DNA of 32,000 nucleotides from Candidatus Brocadia sp. (GTDB taxonomy: Bacteria; Planctomycetota; Brocadiia; Brocadiales; Brocadiaceae): NCBI GenBank assembly GCA_021650915.1, contig CP091279.1, positions 3,180,001 to 3,212,000 on the forward strand. The letters are read 5' to 3'. The notes under the pieces are model-generated. The model saw nothing but the letters and a program-made list of their open reading frames with translations. It did not search any database and was not told the origin of the DNA. Made by a program: the position numbers and the translations under genes. This document shows positions 24,679 through 32,000 of the stretch, piece by piece; the stretch's first letter is position 1, and each line of letters opens with the position of its first letter.

Positions 24679-25215
24679 ATGCCATTAACGGAGGGAATCA
24701 GTAAGATAAGTACATATATACAAAAATTACCCAGGGCGCCACAACCTGCGCTCACTTCAAGAGAGGTATGGCTTTCTCTCTGGGGGACGATTTTTGGGAT
24801 AGGGATAACGGCGTTGCTGGCCTTTACATGGAAGTGTCCAATGTTGTTAGGGTCTTTCGGATCTACCGCGCCATTGCTTTATTGTGCGTATAAGTCGCCT
24901 CTGGCGCAACCAAGGAATGTCGTGCTGGGGCATTTCATCGGTGCAAGTATCGGTGTAACTATCAATGATTTCTTTGGAGTGACCTGGTGGTCGATTGCGC
25001 TCGCCGTCGCCCTTGCTGTTGTTCTTATGTTTGTGACGTATTCGATACATCCCCCGGCAGGTGCAACGGCATATGTAGCTATCCAAACGGGGGGATTGGG
25101 TGTCGGGTATTGGTTCATCCTGAATCCTACGATGCTGGGGATATTTATGATGGTGACAGTAGCGGTGATCTTTAATAAGTTGGGTAAGAGAGAGTATCCA
25201 TTGCATTGGTTGTAA
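24679..25215 (+). CDS. HPP-family integral membrane protein
   Basis: The ORF is open from ATG 24532. I prefer ATG 24679 because GAGAGGGGGAAGGG lies just upstream and it gives about 178 aa. It has four or more hydrophobic helices and the family-defining motif IHPPAGATA. Confidence 0.8.
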   Translation: MPLTEGISKISTYIQKLPRAPQPALTSREVWLSLWGTIFGIGITALLAFTWKCPMLLGSFGSTAPLLYCAYKSPLAQPRNVVLGHFIGASIGVTINDFFGVTWWSIALAVALAVVLMFVTYSIHPPAGATAYVAIQTGGLGVGYWFILNPTMLGIFMMVTVAVIFNKLGKREYPLHWL

Positions 25216-25300
25216 GCAAGGAGATAAACAGGGAGTGCGATTTATTAAAGAGCTGCTATTCTTTGACTTGGTGAGTATTTGTTAAATTACGGAGAAATCT

Positions 25301-27589
25301 ATGTATATCTCGATTAAAAATCGGATTATTTTTTTACTGATTGTATTTACGTTACTGCCCTTTGTCGTATTGCGGATTATTGCCTACCCACGGATACAGT
25401 CTGACCTTCAGGAAGTCCTGATCAGGAACCTTGATGGTATTGGGCATAAACAGGCAGAGCTGGTTACTACGTGGATGCATGAGAGAATGAAGAATGCCCG
25501 CGTGATTGCGAATAATCCCCTGATGATCAGAAGCGCAAGGATCGCCACGGATGATCGGGATTACCCTGATATTGTCCAATATTTGGAGGTGGCGAGGGGT
25601 GAGTATGGCTATAAAGGCGTCTTCGTATGTAACGACGCGGGTGTGATAACCGTTGGTACTGCCGGAGAGGCTGTGGGCGCTGACGTTTCACGGATGGATT
25701 ATTTCAGGCATGCGATACAAGGGAACACTTCCGCATCGAGCATAATTCCCTCGGAGGTTCCGCTGACGAATGAATTAGGAGAGAAGGAGCTGGGTTTGCC
25801 TACCATGTTCGTTTCAACACCGCTTAAGGACCGGGATGGGGTTGTGATTGGCGTTGTTGCCATTCGGGTGGACGCGAATGTCCTGAACGACCTGATGCTG
25901 AGTCTGAATCTGGGTAAAACGGGAGAAACCTATCTGGTGAACAAAGATGGGTATATGATTACGGAATCACGGTTTGCAACTCACCTGAAAGAGATGGGGC
26001 TGGTAAAAAAGCGATGTGCCCTGGAATTGAAACTGGTTACCCCTGAGACGGGAGACTTGACGAATGGCGTGAAGCAGTGCATAGCGGGGAATAACGGTTT
26101 TGATGCAAAAGGGTATAAGGATTATAGCGGGCTGACCGTGCTCGGGGTATGGCGCTGGTTGCCGGAATTTAATTGGGGCATTATTGCGGAAATAGACCGG
26201 GATGAAGGGTATGGGGCTGCTTATAACCTTAAATATATCGTGAGTTCTGTGCTCCTGGTGATTGCATTTCCCATAGTGATTGTGGCGTATTTCATTGGTC
26301 GGAAGACATCGATTCCCATTCTTAAGTTGCGGGAAGTAACCGAGAAGATGGCGGCAGGGGATTTAACCCATCGGGTGGACATCAAAAGAGAAGATGAGAT
26401 CGGGGGATTGGCCAATTCTTTTAACACGATGGCGAAATCTTTGGATGAGAAGACACGGGAGGTCGTGGAATCAGAAAAACGGTATCGGGGCATGTTTAAT
26501 TCTATCAAAGAAGGGGTGTATCAATCGGAACCAGGCGCGAACGGCGTTTTTACCTTCATCAATAAGGCGGGTGCGGAGATATTAGGGTACAGCGCCCCGG
26601 AGGAGGTGATCGGGACAAAGGTAAAGGATATTTATGTGGACCAGGAAGACCGGAGACGGCTGTGCGAGAAGCTCGAAAAAGACGGAGTATGGAGGGAGTT
26701 TGTATCCCTTTGCAAAAGGAAAAATGGCGACAGTTTTTATGCGGAACGCACCAGCAATATGCTAAGGGATGAGAAAGGAAACCCCACGGATATCTATGGA
26801 GTGTTTCGGGATATCTCGGAAAGAAAAAAGGCAGAACAGGAGATTACGGAATCGGAGAAACGGTATCGGTTGCTGTTTGATTCAATAAAAGAGGGTGTGT
26901 ATCAATCCGAGCCGGGGCCAGATGGTGCGTTTACCTGGGTCAATCAGGCCGGCGCTGAAATTCTTGGATACCGTTCACCGGAAGAAGTGATTGGAACAAA
27001 GGTAAAGGATGTTTACGTAAATCCGGACGATCGCATAAAGCTCCTCGAAAAGCTTGCGAAGGATGGGGTGTGGAAGGGTTTTGTCTCTTTTTGTAAGAGA
27101 AAAAATGGCGAGCGTTTCTATATGGAACGGACGTCTAATCTCGTCGTTGACGAAAAGGGCAAGGCCGTTCGTATTGATGGAATATTCAGAGATATTACGG
27201 AACGGAAGAAACTTGAAGAGGAATTGAAGGAATCAGAAAGGCATCACCGTCAATTGCTGAACTCACTAAAGGACGGGATATATCAGTGTGAGCCGACGGA
27301 TGAGGGGGTGTTTACCTGGGTTAATCAGGCCGGCGCTGAAATTCTTGGGTACAGTTCTCCGGAAGAAGTAATTGGGACGCGGGTAAAAGACCTGTACGTG
27401 AATCCTGATGATCGGAAGGAGTTGCTTGAGAAATTGGAGAAGGAAGGGGTGTGGCGGGATTTTACCTCGTACTGTAAGAGAAAAAATGGTGAACGGTTTA
27501 TTTCTGAGCGGACATGCAACCTGGTGCGTGATGAAAACGGAAAACCGATAAGAATTGAAGGTGTATTTAGGGATATAACAGAAAGATAA
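25301..27589 (+). CDS. Membrane sensor protein: Cache-like domain, HAMP, three tandem PAS domains, no output domain
   Basis: The N-terminal 400 aa are collinear with the kinase at 19632 (for example LGKTGETYLVNKDG, LGVWRWLPEF, AAGDLTHRV). Three ~127-aa PAS modules follow. The ORF stops at RDITER-TAA, exactly where the paralog continues into its HisKA domain. Confidence 0.85.
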   Translation: MYISIKNRIIFLLIVFTLLPFVVLRIIAYPRIQSDLQEVLIRNLDGIGHKQAELVTTWMHERMKNARVIANNPLMIRSARIATDDRDYPDIVQYLEVARGEYGYKGVFVCNDAGVITVGTAGEAVGADVSRMDYFRHAIQGNTSASSIIPSEVPLTNELGEKELGLPTMFVSTPLKDRDGVVIGVVAIRVDANVLNDLMLSLNLGKTGETYLVNKDGYMITESRFATHLKEMGLVKKRCALELKLVTPETGDLTNGVKQCIAGNNGFDAKGYKDYSGLTVLGVWRWLPEFNWGIIAEIDRDEGYGAAYNLKYIVSSVLLVIAFPIVIVAYFIGRKTSIPILKLREVTEKMAAGDLTHRVDIKREDEIGGLANSFNTMAKSLDEKTREVVESEKRYRGMFNSIKEGVYQSEPGANGVFTFINKAGAEILGYSAPEEVIGTKVKDIYVDQEDRRRLCEKLEKDGVWREFVSLCKRKNGDSFYAERTSNMLRDEKGNPTDIYGVFRDISERKKAEQEITESEKRYRLLFDSIKEGVYQSEPGPDGAFTWVNQAGAEILGYRSPEEVIGTKVKDVYVNPDDRIKLLEKLAKDGVWKGFVSFCKRKNGERFYMERTSNLVVDEKGKAVRIDGIFRDITERKKLEEELKESERHHRQLLNSLKDGIYQCEPTDEGVFTWVNQAGAEILGYSSPEEVIGTRVKDLYVNPDDRKELLEKLEKEGVWRDFTSYCKRKNGERFISERTCNLVRDENGKPIRIEGVFRDITER
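26468..27586 (+). repeat. Tandem triplication of a PAS-coding module (period 381 nt)
   Basis: Units start at 26468, 26849 and 27230 (ESEKRYR.., ESEKRYR.., ESERHHR..). Units 2 and 3 share long near-identical DNA runs, for example AATCAGGCCGGCGCTGAAATTCTTGG. Confidence 0.85.
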
Positions 27590-27642
27590 TGTGATTATTT
27601 ATAAAAGAATTTAAATACACTGAATGTGGGGAGTAGAAAATT

Positions 27643-28176
27643 ATGGGAAATGAAGCAGGAAAGGGTTTGTCGGTAAATGCGAAGACCCTTATTTTGATAT
27701 TGTTGTTTGTGAATGTTGGATTTGCATCGAAGATGATAAATAAATATTATGCGATGAAGGAAGCAGGATATATCAGGGAGAAGACATTTCATGAACAACT
27801 CGAAAACAGAGTGATGAAGGCCTTTGGCTCCATGGAAGATTTGAATAAAATGGTAAATGATATTACCAGGCAAAAGGAAGAGGCAGAAAAGACCGCTGCT
27901 TCTTTCCAGTCGCAGGATGAGCAATTAAAGGTAGCAAACAAAAAACTGGAGGAGGCAAAGGGCACTCTGGAGGAGGAAAAGGCACGGTTGCAAAAAGAGA
28001 TCTGGGGGTTAGAAGATTCGCTGTCGCTCGCAAAAAAGACGTTAAGCAATAAAGATTTAACCATTCAGGAGCTTATGAATAATTTGGACATCCTTGGAAA
28101 GGAAAAGGCAAAACTCAAAAAACAACTTGAGGGACATTCGAAAACACCAGACGAGTGGAGCCTTCCCAAGCAGTAA
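27643..28176 (+). CDS. Hypothetical membrane-anchored coiled-coil protein
   Basis: It has one N-terminal hydrophobic helix (TLILILLFVNVGF). A long heptad-like E/K/L-rich region follows (KKLEEAKGTLEEEKARLQKEI...). I recognise no family. Confidence 0.55.
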   Translation: MGNEAGKGLSVNAKTLILILLFVNVGFASKMINKYYAMKEAGYIREKTFHEQLENRVMKAFGSMEDLNKMVNDITRQKEEAEKTAASFQSQDEQLKVANKKLEEAKGTLEEEKARLQKEIWGLEDSLSLAKKTLSNKDLTIQELMNNLDILGKEKAKLKKQLEGHSKTPDEWSLPKQ

Positions 28177-28209
28177 GGTTTAAATTCGTGATATATCCGA
28201 AAGATTGTT

Positions 28210-28614
28210 ATGGCAAGGATTTTGATTGTCGGTGGACAGGGCAGGATACGCCGATCGCTGGTGAGCATCTTAACGCGGGAAGGTTTTGGGGTATGCGAAG
28301 AAACAGGTTGGGATGGGGTATTGAAGGTTTGTGAAAAAGCCGCCTATGACCTCGTTATGGTAGATTTGGATGCAAAGCCACCGGAAGGCGATAAGATTTT
28401 AAAGAGGATAAAACGTGTCAACGGTAGCATAGAAATGGTGGCAATCGTTTCTCAAAACCGGTATGATGCACACCAAATGAATAATGATGGGGTCTATGAT
28501 TGCCTCCGAAAACCCTTTCGTCAGAAAGAAGTAGTTCATCTGGTAAAAAAGGCATTGGAGAAAAAACAACTGGCAGACAAAGTGCGCAACATGGAACAGA
28601 TTATCGATATTTGA
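28210..28614 (+). CDS. Single-domain response-regulator receiver with a degenerate acidic pocket
   Basis: It has a CheY-like fold pattern: ILIVGGQG, then LVMVDLD, AIVSQ and LRKPF. The usual N-terminal DD/DE pair is replaced by GG-Q-G. Confidence 0.8.
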   Translation: MARILIVGGQGRIRRSLVSILTREGFGVCEETGWDGVLKVCEKAAYDLVMVDLDAKPPEGDKILKRIKRVNGSIEMVAIVSQNRYDAHQMNNDGVYDCLRKPFRQKEVVHLVKKALEKKQLADKVRNMEQIIDI

Positions 28615-28865
28615 TAAAAAGTTTCTTTGAGTAGGGACGAACGGCCGTTCTCCCTTGATGAAATTGCGCGACGTTGTTTCTGAAGTAAATTCCATAACAT
28701 TTAATAATAAAAATTGGAGAAAGGGGGTGGAAGCAAATACATATTAATAACAATGTGAGATGCTCATGTAAAAAGGCGTATTCAAGAGTAGGAATGTAGC
28801 AAAATTAAAGGGGATGTTGTTTTGAGAATATTGTTCACAACAACATTAGAAGAGGAGAATAATTA

Positions 28866-29756
28866 ATGTTATATACTGGAAATGTAGATGCAATTGCAGC
28901 GGTATCGTTAAAGAAAGCCACGGCAATGAAGCACAGCCTGATAGGTTTCTTGACGCTTTCTGTGATAGCAGGTTTTTATATTGGATTTGGTGTCCTTCTC
29001 ATGATTATTGCGGCTGCTCCCGTTGCGGCGATAAATCCTGGGATCGGTAAAATAGTTGGCGGTGCAGTATTCCCCATTGCTTTGATATTAGTAATTATTG
29101 GCGGAGCTGAGTTGTTTACCGGATATAACTTACTGATATTAAAAGGCACCTTTCGGGGCACCGTATCATTTGGCGATTCAATGTTGGGGTGGTTTTGGAC
29201 GTACTTAGGCAATCTGGGCGGATCGATGATTTTTGCGCTTTTAATTTATATGTCTGGTGTGTTTGCCCCTGATCCGTGGCATACCTTTTTGAACAAAGTG
29301 GCTACCTATAAGCTGAATGCGCCGTGGTGGGAATTGTTTTTCAGGGGTATCTTTTGTAACTGGCTCGTCTGCTTAGGTATATGGTCAACCTTCAGGTGCA
29401 CAAGCGATTCAGGTAAGATACTGATGTGCTTTTGGGTCTTGTTCTGTTTTGTTACTACCGGAATGGAACACAGTGTGGCAAATATGACGCTTTTAGCGAT
29501 TGCAAATTTATTGCCGCACGATCCGGAGGTAATTTCATGGGGTAAGATGTTTGGGTGGAACCTTGTCTCTGTTACCCTCGGGAATATCGTGGGTGGCTCT
29601 TTCTTCGTTACCTTCCTGTACTGGTTCGCCACGTATATGGATGAAAAAGGTGCACGGAAGATGGATGCCATAAAGGGTGGTTCAGGAGCAGGAAGCTTAC
29701 CACGCGCTGGTGGATCTCCTGAAGAGATTAAGGATGTTAAGGTAAAGATGAAGTAA
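28866..29756 (+). CDS. Formate/nitrite transporter family (FNT) channel
   Basis: GGAELFTGYNLL, FFRGIFCNWLVCLGIW and TGMEHSVANM are the FocA/NirC signatures, including the central His. The RBS is GAGGAG. It has a Gly/Ser/Lys-rich C-terminal tail. The substrate cannot be assigned by eye. Confidence 0.9.
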   Translation: MLYTGNVDAIAAVSLKKATAMKHSLIGFLTLSVIAGFYIGFGVLLMIIAAAPVAAINPGIGKIVGGAVFPIALILVIIGGAELFTGYNLLILKGTFRGTVSFGDSMLGWFWTYLGNLGGSMIFALLIYMSGVFAPDPWHTFLNKVATYKLNAPWWELFFRGIFCNWLVCLGIWSTFRCTSDSGKILMCFWVLFCFVTTGMEHSVANMTLLAIANLLPHDPEVISWGKMFGWNLVSVTLGNIVGGSFFVTFLYWFATYMDEKGARKMDAIKGGSGAGSLPRAGGSPEEIKDVKVKMK

Positions 29757-29837
29757 CAGAACTATGACGAAACGGAAGATCAGGCGATAGGTTTTATTAG
29801 GCTGATACTACAAAGTTTCGCGCTGAGGAAAGAGAAA

Positions 29838-29866
29838 GGGCCGGGTTTTTCCACCGGCCCTTTTTT
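29838..29866. terminator. Rho-independent terminator between convergent genes
   Basis: GGGCCGG-GTTTTTCCA-CCGGCCC is followed by TTTTTT. A-rich sequence on the other side suggests it may act in both directions. Confidence 0.7.
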
Positions 29867-29928
29867 GTTTCATCTTTTTGAAAAATACCAGAATCATGGA
29901 ATTGTGAATGCTTGCACAGATGAAGATT

Positions 29929-31077
29929 TTATTGTGAATGACCAGTGTCTGTTTCCCCTATAGCATAAAGGTTTCCGTCATTCGAGCCGATATAGATCGT
30001 GCCATCAGCGCCGATTGCTGGTGACGATTCTATGGCTTCACCGGTTTCAAAGATCCACTTCAAACGGCCATCAGGATGAAAGGCATACAATTTTTTATCC
30101 CGGGAGCCAACGTAAATGGTGCCGTCTGACCCAATCGCTGGTGACGAATGAACAGAGGCGCCCGTCTCGAATCTCCACTTTAGCTTCCCCTGAGCCGTAA
30201 AGGCATAGAGATTATTGTCCCCGGAACCCACGTATATGTTTCCTTCCGTGTCAATTCCAGCAGAAGAATCAATATCGTAGTTTGTATCAGCCGTCCACGC
30301 TGTCTTGCCATCCGGACGCAAGGCGTAAAGCCGCGCATCCTCAGAGCCAATATAGATGTTGCCGTTTGGTGCAATTAAAGGCGATGCATCCAGGAGGTAT
30401 CTGGTGCCAAAACTCCATATCGCCTTGCCCTCAGGCTTCATAGCAAATAAATAATAGTCTCCTGAACCAAAATAGATCATGCCGTCGGGCGCAATGGCAG
30501 GAGACGACGCAATATGGTCCGCGGTCTTTTGTGTCCATTGCAGTTTTCCGTCATGGGTAATGGCATGAAGTCTTTTGTCCCATGATCCGACATAAATCAT
30601 GCCATCAGGCGCAATGGCAGGGGATGAAATAATGCCTCCCTCGGATTTGTACTTCCACCGTAACGTGCCATCGGGATTTACTGCGTAAAGATGGCCATCC
30701 CACGAGCCAAAAAGAATAGCGCCGTCTTTTCTGATGGCAGGTGATGAATCAACCTCGTCCTGTGTTTCGAATACCCATTTCAGCGTACCGCTCCTGGTAA
30801 CGGCATAGAATTTCTTATCCTTTGAACCAAAATAAATGGTGCCGTCTTCCCCAATCGCCGGAGATGAGGCAACGGGTCCTTGGGTTTGAAATACCCACTT
30901 GAGTACCGGTTTTTGAGCGCCCACGGAGGGGCTTCTTCCGGTATGCTGTAAATCATGTCTGAACATGGGCCAGGGGGTGTCGGCAAGCTGTGCATACAGC
31001 GCAGCCGTCCCTGAGATAAAGGATAAAAAAAAGACTAGTGGCAGAGTGAGATGTCCGATATATTTTTTCAGCATCAA
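29929..31077 (-). CDS. Secreted PQQ-like (BamB-type) beta-propeller repeat protein
   Basis: The N-terminal signal peptide is MMLKKYIGHLTLPLVFFLSFISGTAALYA. About eight ~40-aa repeats follow, of the form SSPAIg-DGtIYvGS-D--LYA----G-LKW-F-T. Confidence 0.85.
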   Translation of the reverse strand: MMLKKYIGHLTLPLVFFLSFISGTAALYAQLADTPWPMFRHDLQHTGRSPSVGAQKPVLKWVFQTQGPVASSPAIGEDGTIYFGSKDKKFYAVTRSGTLKWVFETQDEVDSSPAIRKDGAILFGSWDGHLYAVNPDGTLRWKYKSEGGIISSPAIAPDGMIYVGSWDKRLHAITHDGKLQWTQKTADHIASSPAIAPDGMIYFGSGDYYLFAMKPEGKAIWSFGTRYLLDASPLIAPNGNIYIGSEDARLYALRPDGKTAWTADTNYDIDSSAGIDTEGNIYVGSGDNNLYAFTAQGKLKWRFETGASVHSSPAIGSDGTIYVGSRDKKLYAFHPDGRLKWIFETGEAIESSPAIGADGTIYIGSNDGNLYAIGETDTGHSQ

Positions 31078-31128
31078 TTTTTCCTTATGTTAAAGTATAG
31101 GAATTTCAAAACAGCTTTCTGTCCGGTA

Positions 31129-31145
31129 GGCAGACCTGAACCCAG
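31129..31145 (-). promoter_or_regulatory. Weak sigma54-type -24/-12 candidate upstream of the propeller gene
   Basis: The minus strand reads CTGGGTTCAGGTCTGCC. TGG and TGC are at the canonical GG-N10-GC spacing, about 50 nt upstream of the ATG at 31077. Other consensus positions are poor. Confidence 0.25.
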
Positions 31146-31149
31146 TGCT

Positions 31150-31172
31150 GGTTCAATCTTGCAGATTGAACC
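31150..31172. promoter_or_regulatory. Palindrome GGTTCAATC-N5-GATTGAACC
   Basis: Perfect 9-bp arms. A third GATTGAACC half-site occurs at 31253-31261. It lies directly upstream, in the minus sense, of the -24/-12 candidate. Confidence 0.3.
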
Positions 31173-31323
31173 ACATATTTTGAACGGAATAAGCAAGTTT
31201 AGAATAACATTTGACGTGAGAAAAATTCCAATGTTCGATTTAATCGTGGACGATTGAACCTGCGCAGCCAATGGAAGGTGGGCATCGCTCACAAAAAATA
31301 AGCGCCGCAACCGAGTTGTATTT

Positions 31324-31340
31324 GGTGGGCGATGCCCACC
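31324..31340. repeat. REP-like palindrome GGTGGGC-GAT-GCCCACC
   Basis: Self-complementary. A related inverted copy, GGTGGGCATCGC, lies at 31277-31288. GCCCACCCT (31334-31342) recurs inside the downstream structured region at 31514-31522. Confidence 0.45.
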
Positions 31341-31410
31341 CTTATATGTTAAGGTGTCTATAATTCATTGAAATATTATAAGAGTTAACTAAAATAGTTA
31401 GCAGTATTGT

Positions 31411-31566
31411 GGGAAGGAGCGGTTAACGGAAGGAGTCCGTAGGACGACTGGAGTTAACCGCTCCTTCCCGCCCGAAAAATTGTCTCTGAAAGAGCACAGG
31501 AAGATAGAGTCTCGCCCACCCTGTCACACGATGACCTCGCGTAGACCATACTCATCTTCCCTGTGC
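31411..31566 (+). ncRNA. Structured 5' leader of the IS110-family element (bridge-RNA candidate)
   Basis: A perfect 17-bp stem pairs GGGAAGGAGCGGTTAAC (31411-31427) with GTTAACCGCTCCTTCCC (31453-31469), around a 25-nt loop. A second stem pairs GCACAGGAAGAT (31494-31505) with ATCTTCCCTGTGC (31554-31566), enclosing a ~48-nt loop. A TATAAT at 31359-31364 lies upstream. Exact RNA ends are unknown. Confidence 0.35.
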
Positions 31567-31694
31567 CGATTTCTGCAACCGTATGATCAATAGAATGTTC
31601 TGAAAAAGTCCATGTAAGGCTATCAACGGGTAACAGAAATAGTCCGCTCTTTCCGGGCATCCACAAACACCTTTTCATGGAAGGAGACCATACC

Positions 31695-32000
31695 ATGGAA
31701 CAAACAATGATTTATGTTGGTATTGACTGGGCTGATGATCATCACGATATCGTTATTACCGATGACTCAGCAAAAACACTCGATCAATTCCGGATTGACC
31801 ATACCTGTGACGGCTTTGCCCTGCTTCATTCACACATCGCACATCATCAGGCATCACCCAGCCTCGTATTAGTCGCCATCGAGACAAGCCGAGGACTTCT
31901 CCTTCACGAACTCTTGCAGAAAGGCTACACCGTCTATGCCATCAATCCAAAGGCAGTCAACCGGTATAAGGATCGGCACGTGCTTTCAAAGGCAAAATCG
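31695..32000 (+). CDS. IS110-family transposase/recombinase, N-terminal part (3' end outside window)
   Basis: Not in the ORF track because it has no stop within the window. AAGGAG at 31681 precedes ATG 31695. The translation is MEQTMIYVGIDWADDHHDIVITDD...VLVAIETSRGLLLHELLQKGYTVYAINPKAVNRYKDRH...KAKS. This matches the DEDD N-terminal domain pattern of IS110 transposases (GID...D, ..E[TA][TS]G.., INP). Confidence 0.85.
   Translation, partial: MEQTMIYVGIDWADDHHDIVITDDSAKTLDQFRIDHTCDGFALLHSHIAHHQASPSLVLVAIETSRGLLLHELLQKGYTVYAINPKAVNRYKDRHVLSKAKS

Larger units (their letters stand above)
31343..32000 (+). mobile_element. IS110-family insertion sequence, left part (left boundary tentative)
   Basis: The transposase gene plus about 350 nt of structured non-coding leader. 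The left boundary is guessed at the REP-like palindrome and GCCCACCCT site. The right end is outside the window. Confidence 0.4.

Noticed and set aside
31150-31172. A tRNA T-arm-like GGTTCAATC.
   Set aside because: No acceptor, D or anticodon arms can be drawn around it. It is a simple palindrome.
31454-31696. An 80-aa minus-strand ORF in the IS110 leader, and the 78-aa ORF at 31074..31310.
   Set aside because: They overlap strong RNA-type stems or promoter DNA and have no RBS or recognisable family. The region is more plausibly non-coding.

Overview
The window is 32 kb of bacterial chromosome with no rRNA, tRNA or CRISPR array. All calls come from reading the sequence and ORF track by eye, with no database search. 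Start codons were chosen by RBS inspection and may be off by a few codons. The lineage guess (an anaerobic, uncultured lineage, possibly anammox-type Planctomycetota) is unverified.

Layout:
- 1-10.6 kb, core metabolism on the + strand: phoU (3' part), mdh, pyrE, two succinate dehydrogenase membrane-anchor genes, sdhA, a REC-REC-PAS histidine kinase, argG, and a B12-binding radical SAM gene translationally coupled to argG.
- 10.7-19.5 kb, accessory/defence island: a type I R-M operon interrupted by two extra PD-(D/E)XK genes. These are a GxxExxY pseudogene cassette bounded by 28-bp inverted repeats, and an intact DUF1016/YhcG-like gene wedged between hsdM and hsdS. Decayed toxin-antitoxin fragments, radC and a composite MITE follow.
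- 19.6-29.8 kb, signalling/transport cluster: a Cache-HAMP-PAS-GAF-PAS histidine kinase, a sigma54-dependent response regulator, an HPP membrane protein and a paralogous Cache-HAMP sensor. That sensor ends after three tandem PAS modules with no output domain. A coiled-coil membrane protein, a degenerate single-domain receiver and a formate/nitrite (FNT) channel complete the cluster.
- 29.9-32.0 kb: a secreted PQQ-like beta-propeller gene on the - strand, then the 5' end of an IS110-family element with a highly structured leader.

A MITE-like family with GTAGGGGC...GCCCCTAC hairpins and a nested 224-bp repeat occurs at three sites.

Best candidates for something undescribed:
1. The nuclease-embedded type I R-M operon and its inverted-repeat-bounded GxxExxY cassette.
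2. The two-sensor, sigma54, HPP and FNT cluster, a putative nitrite or formate sensing and import module.
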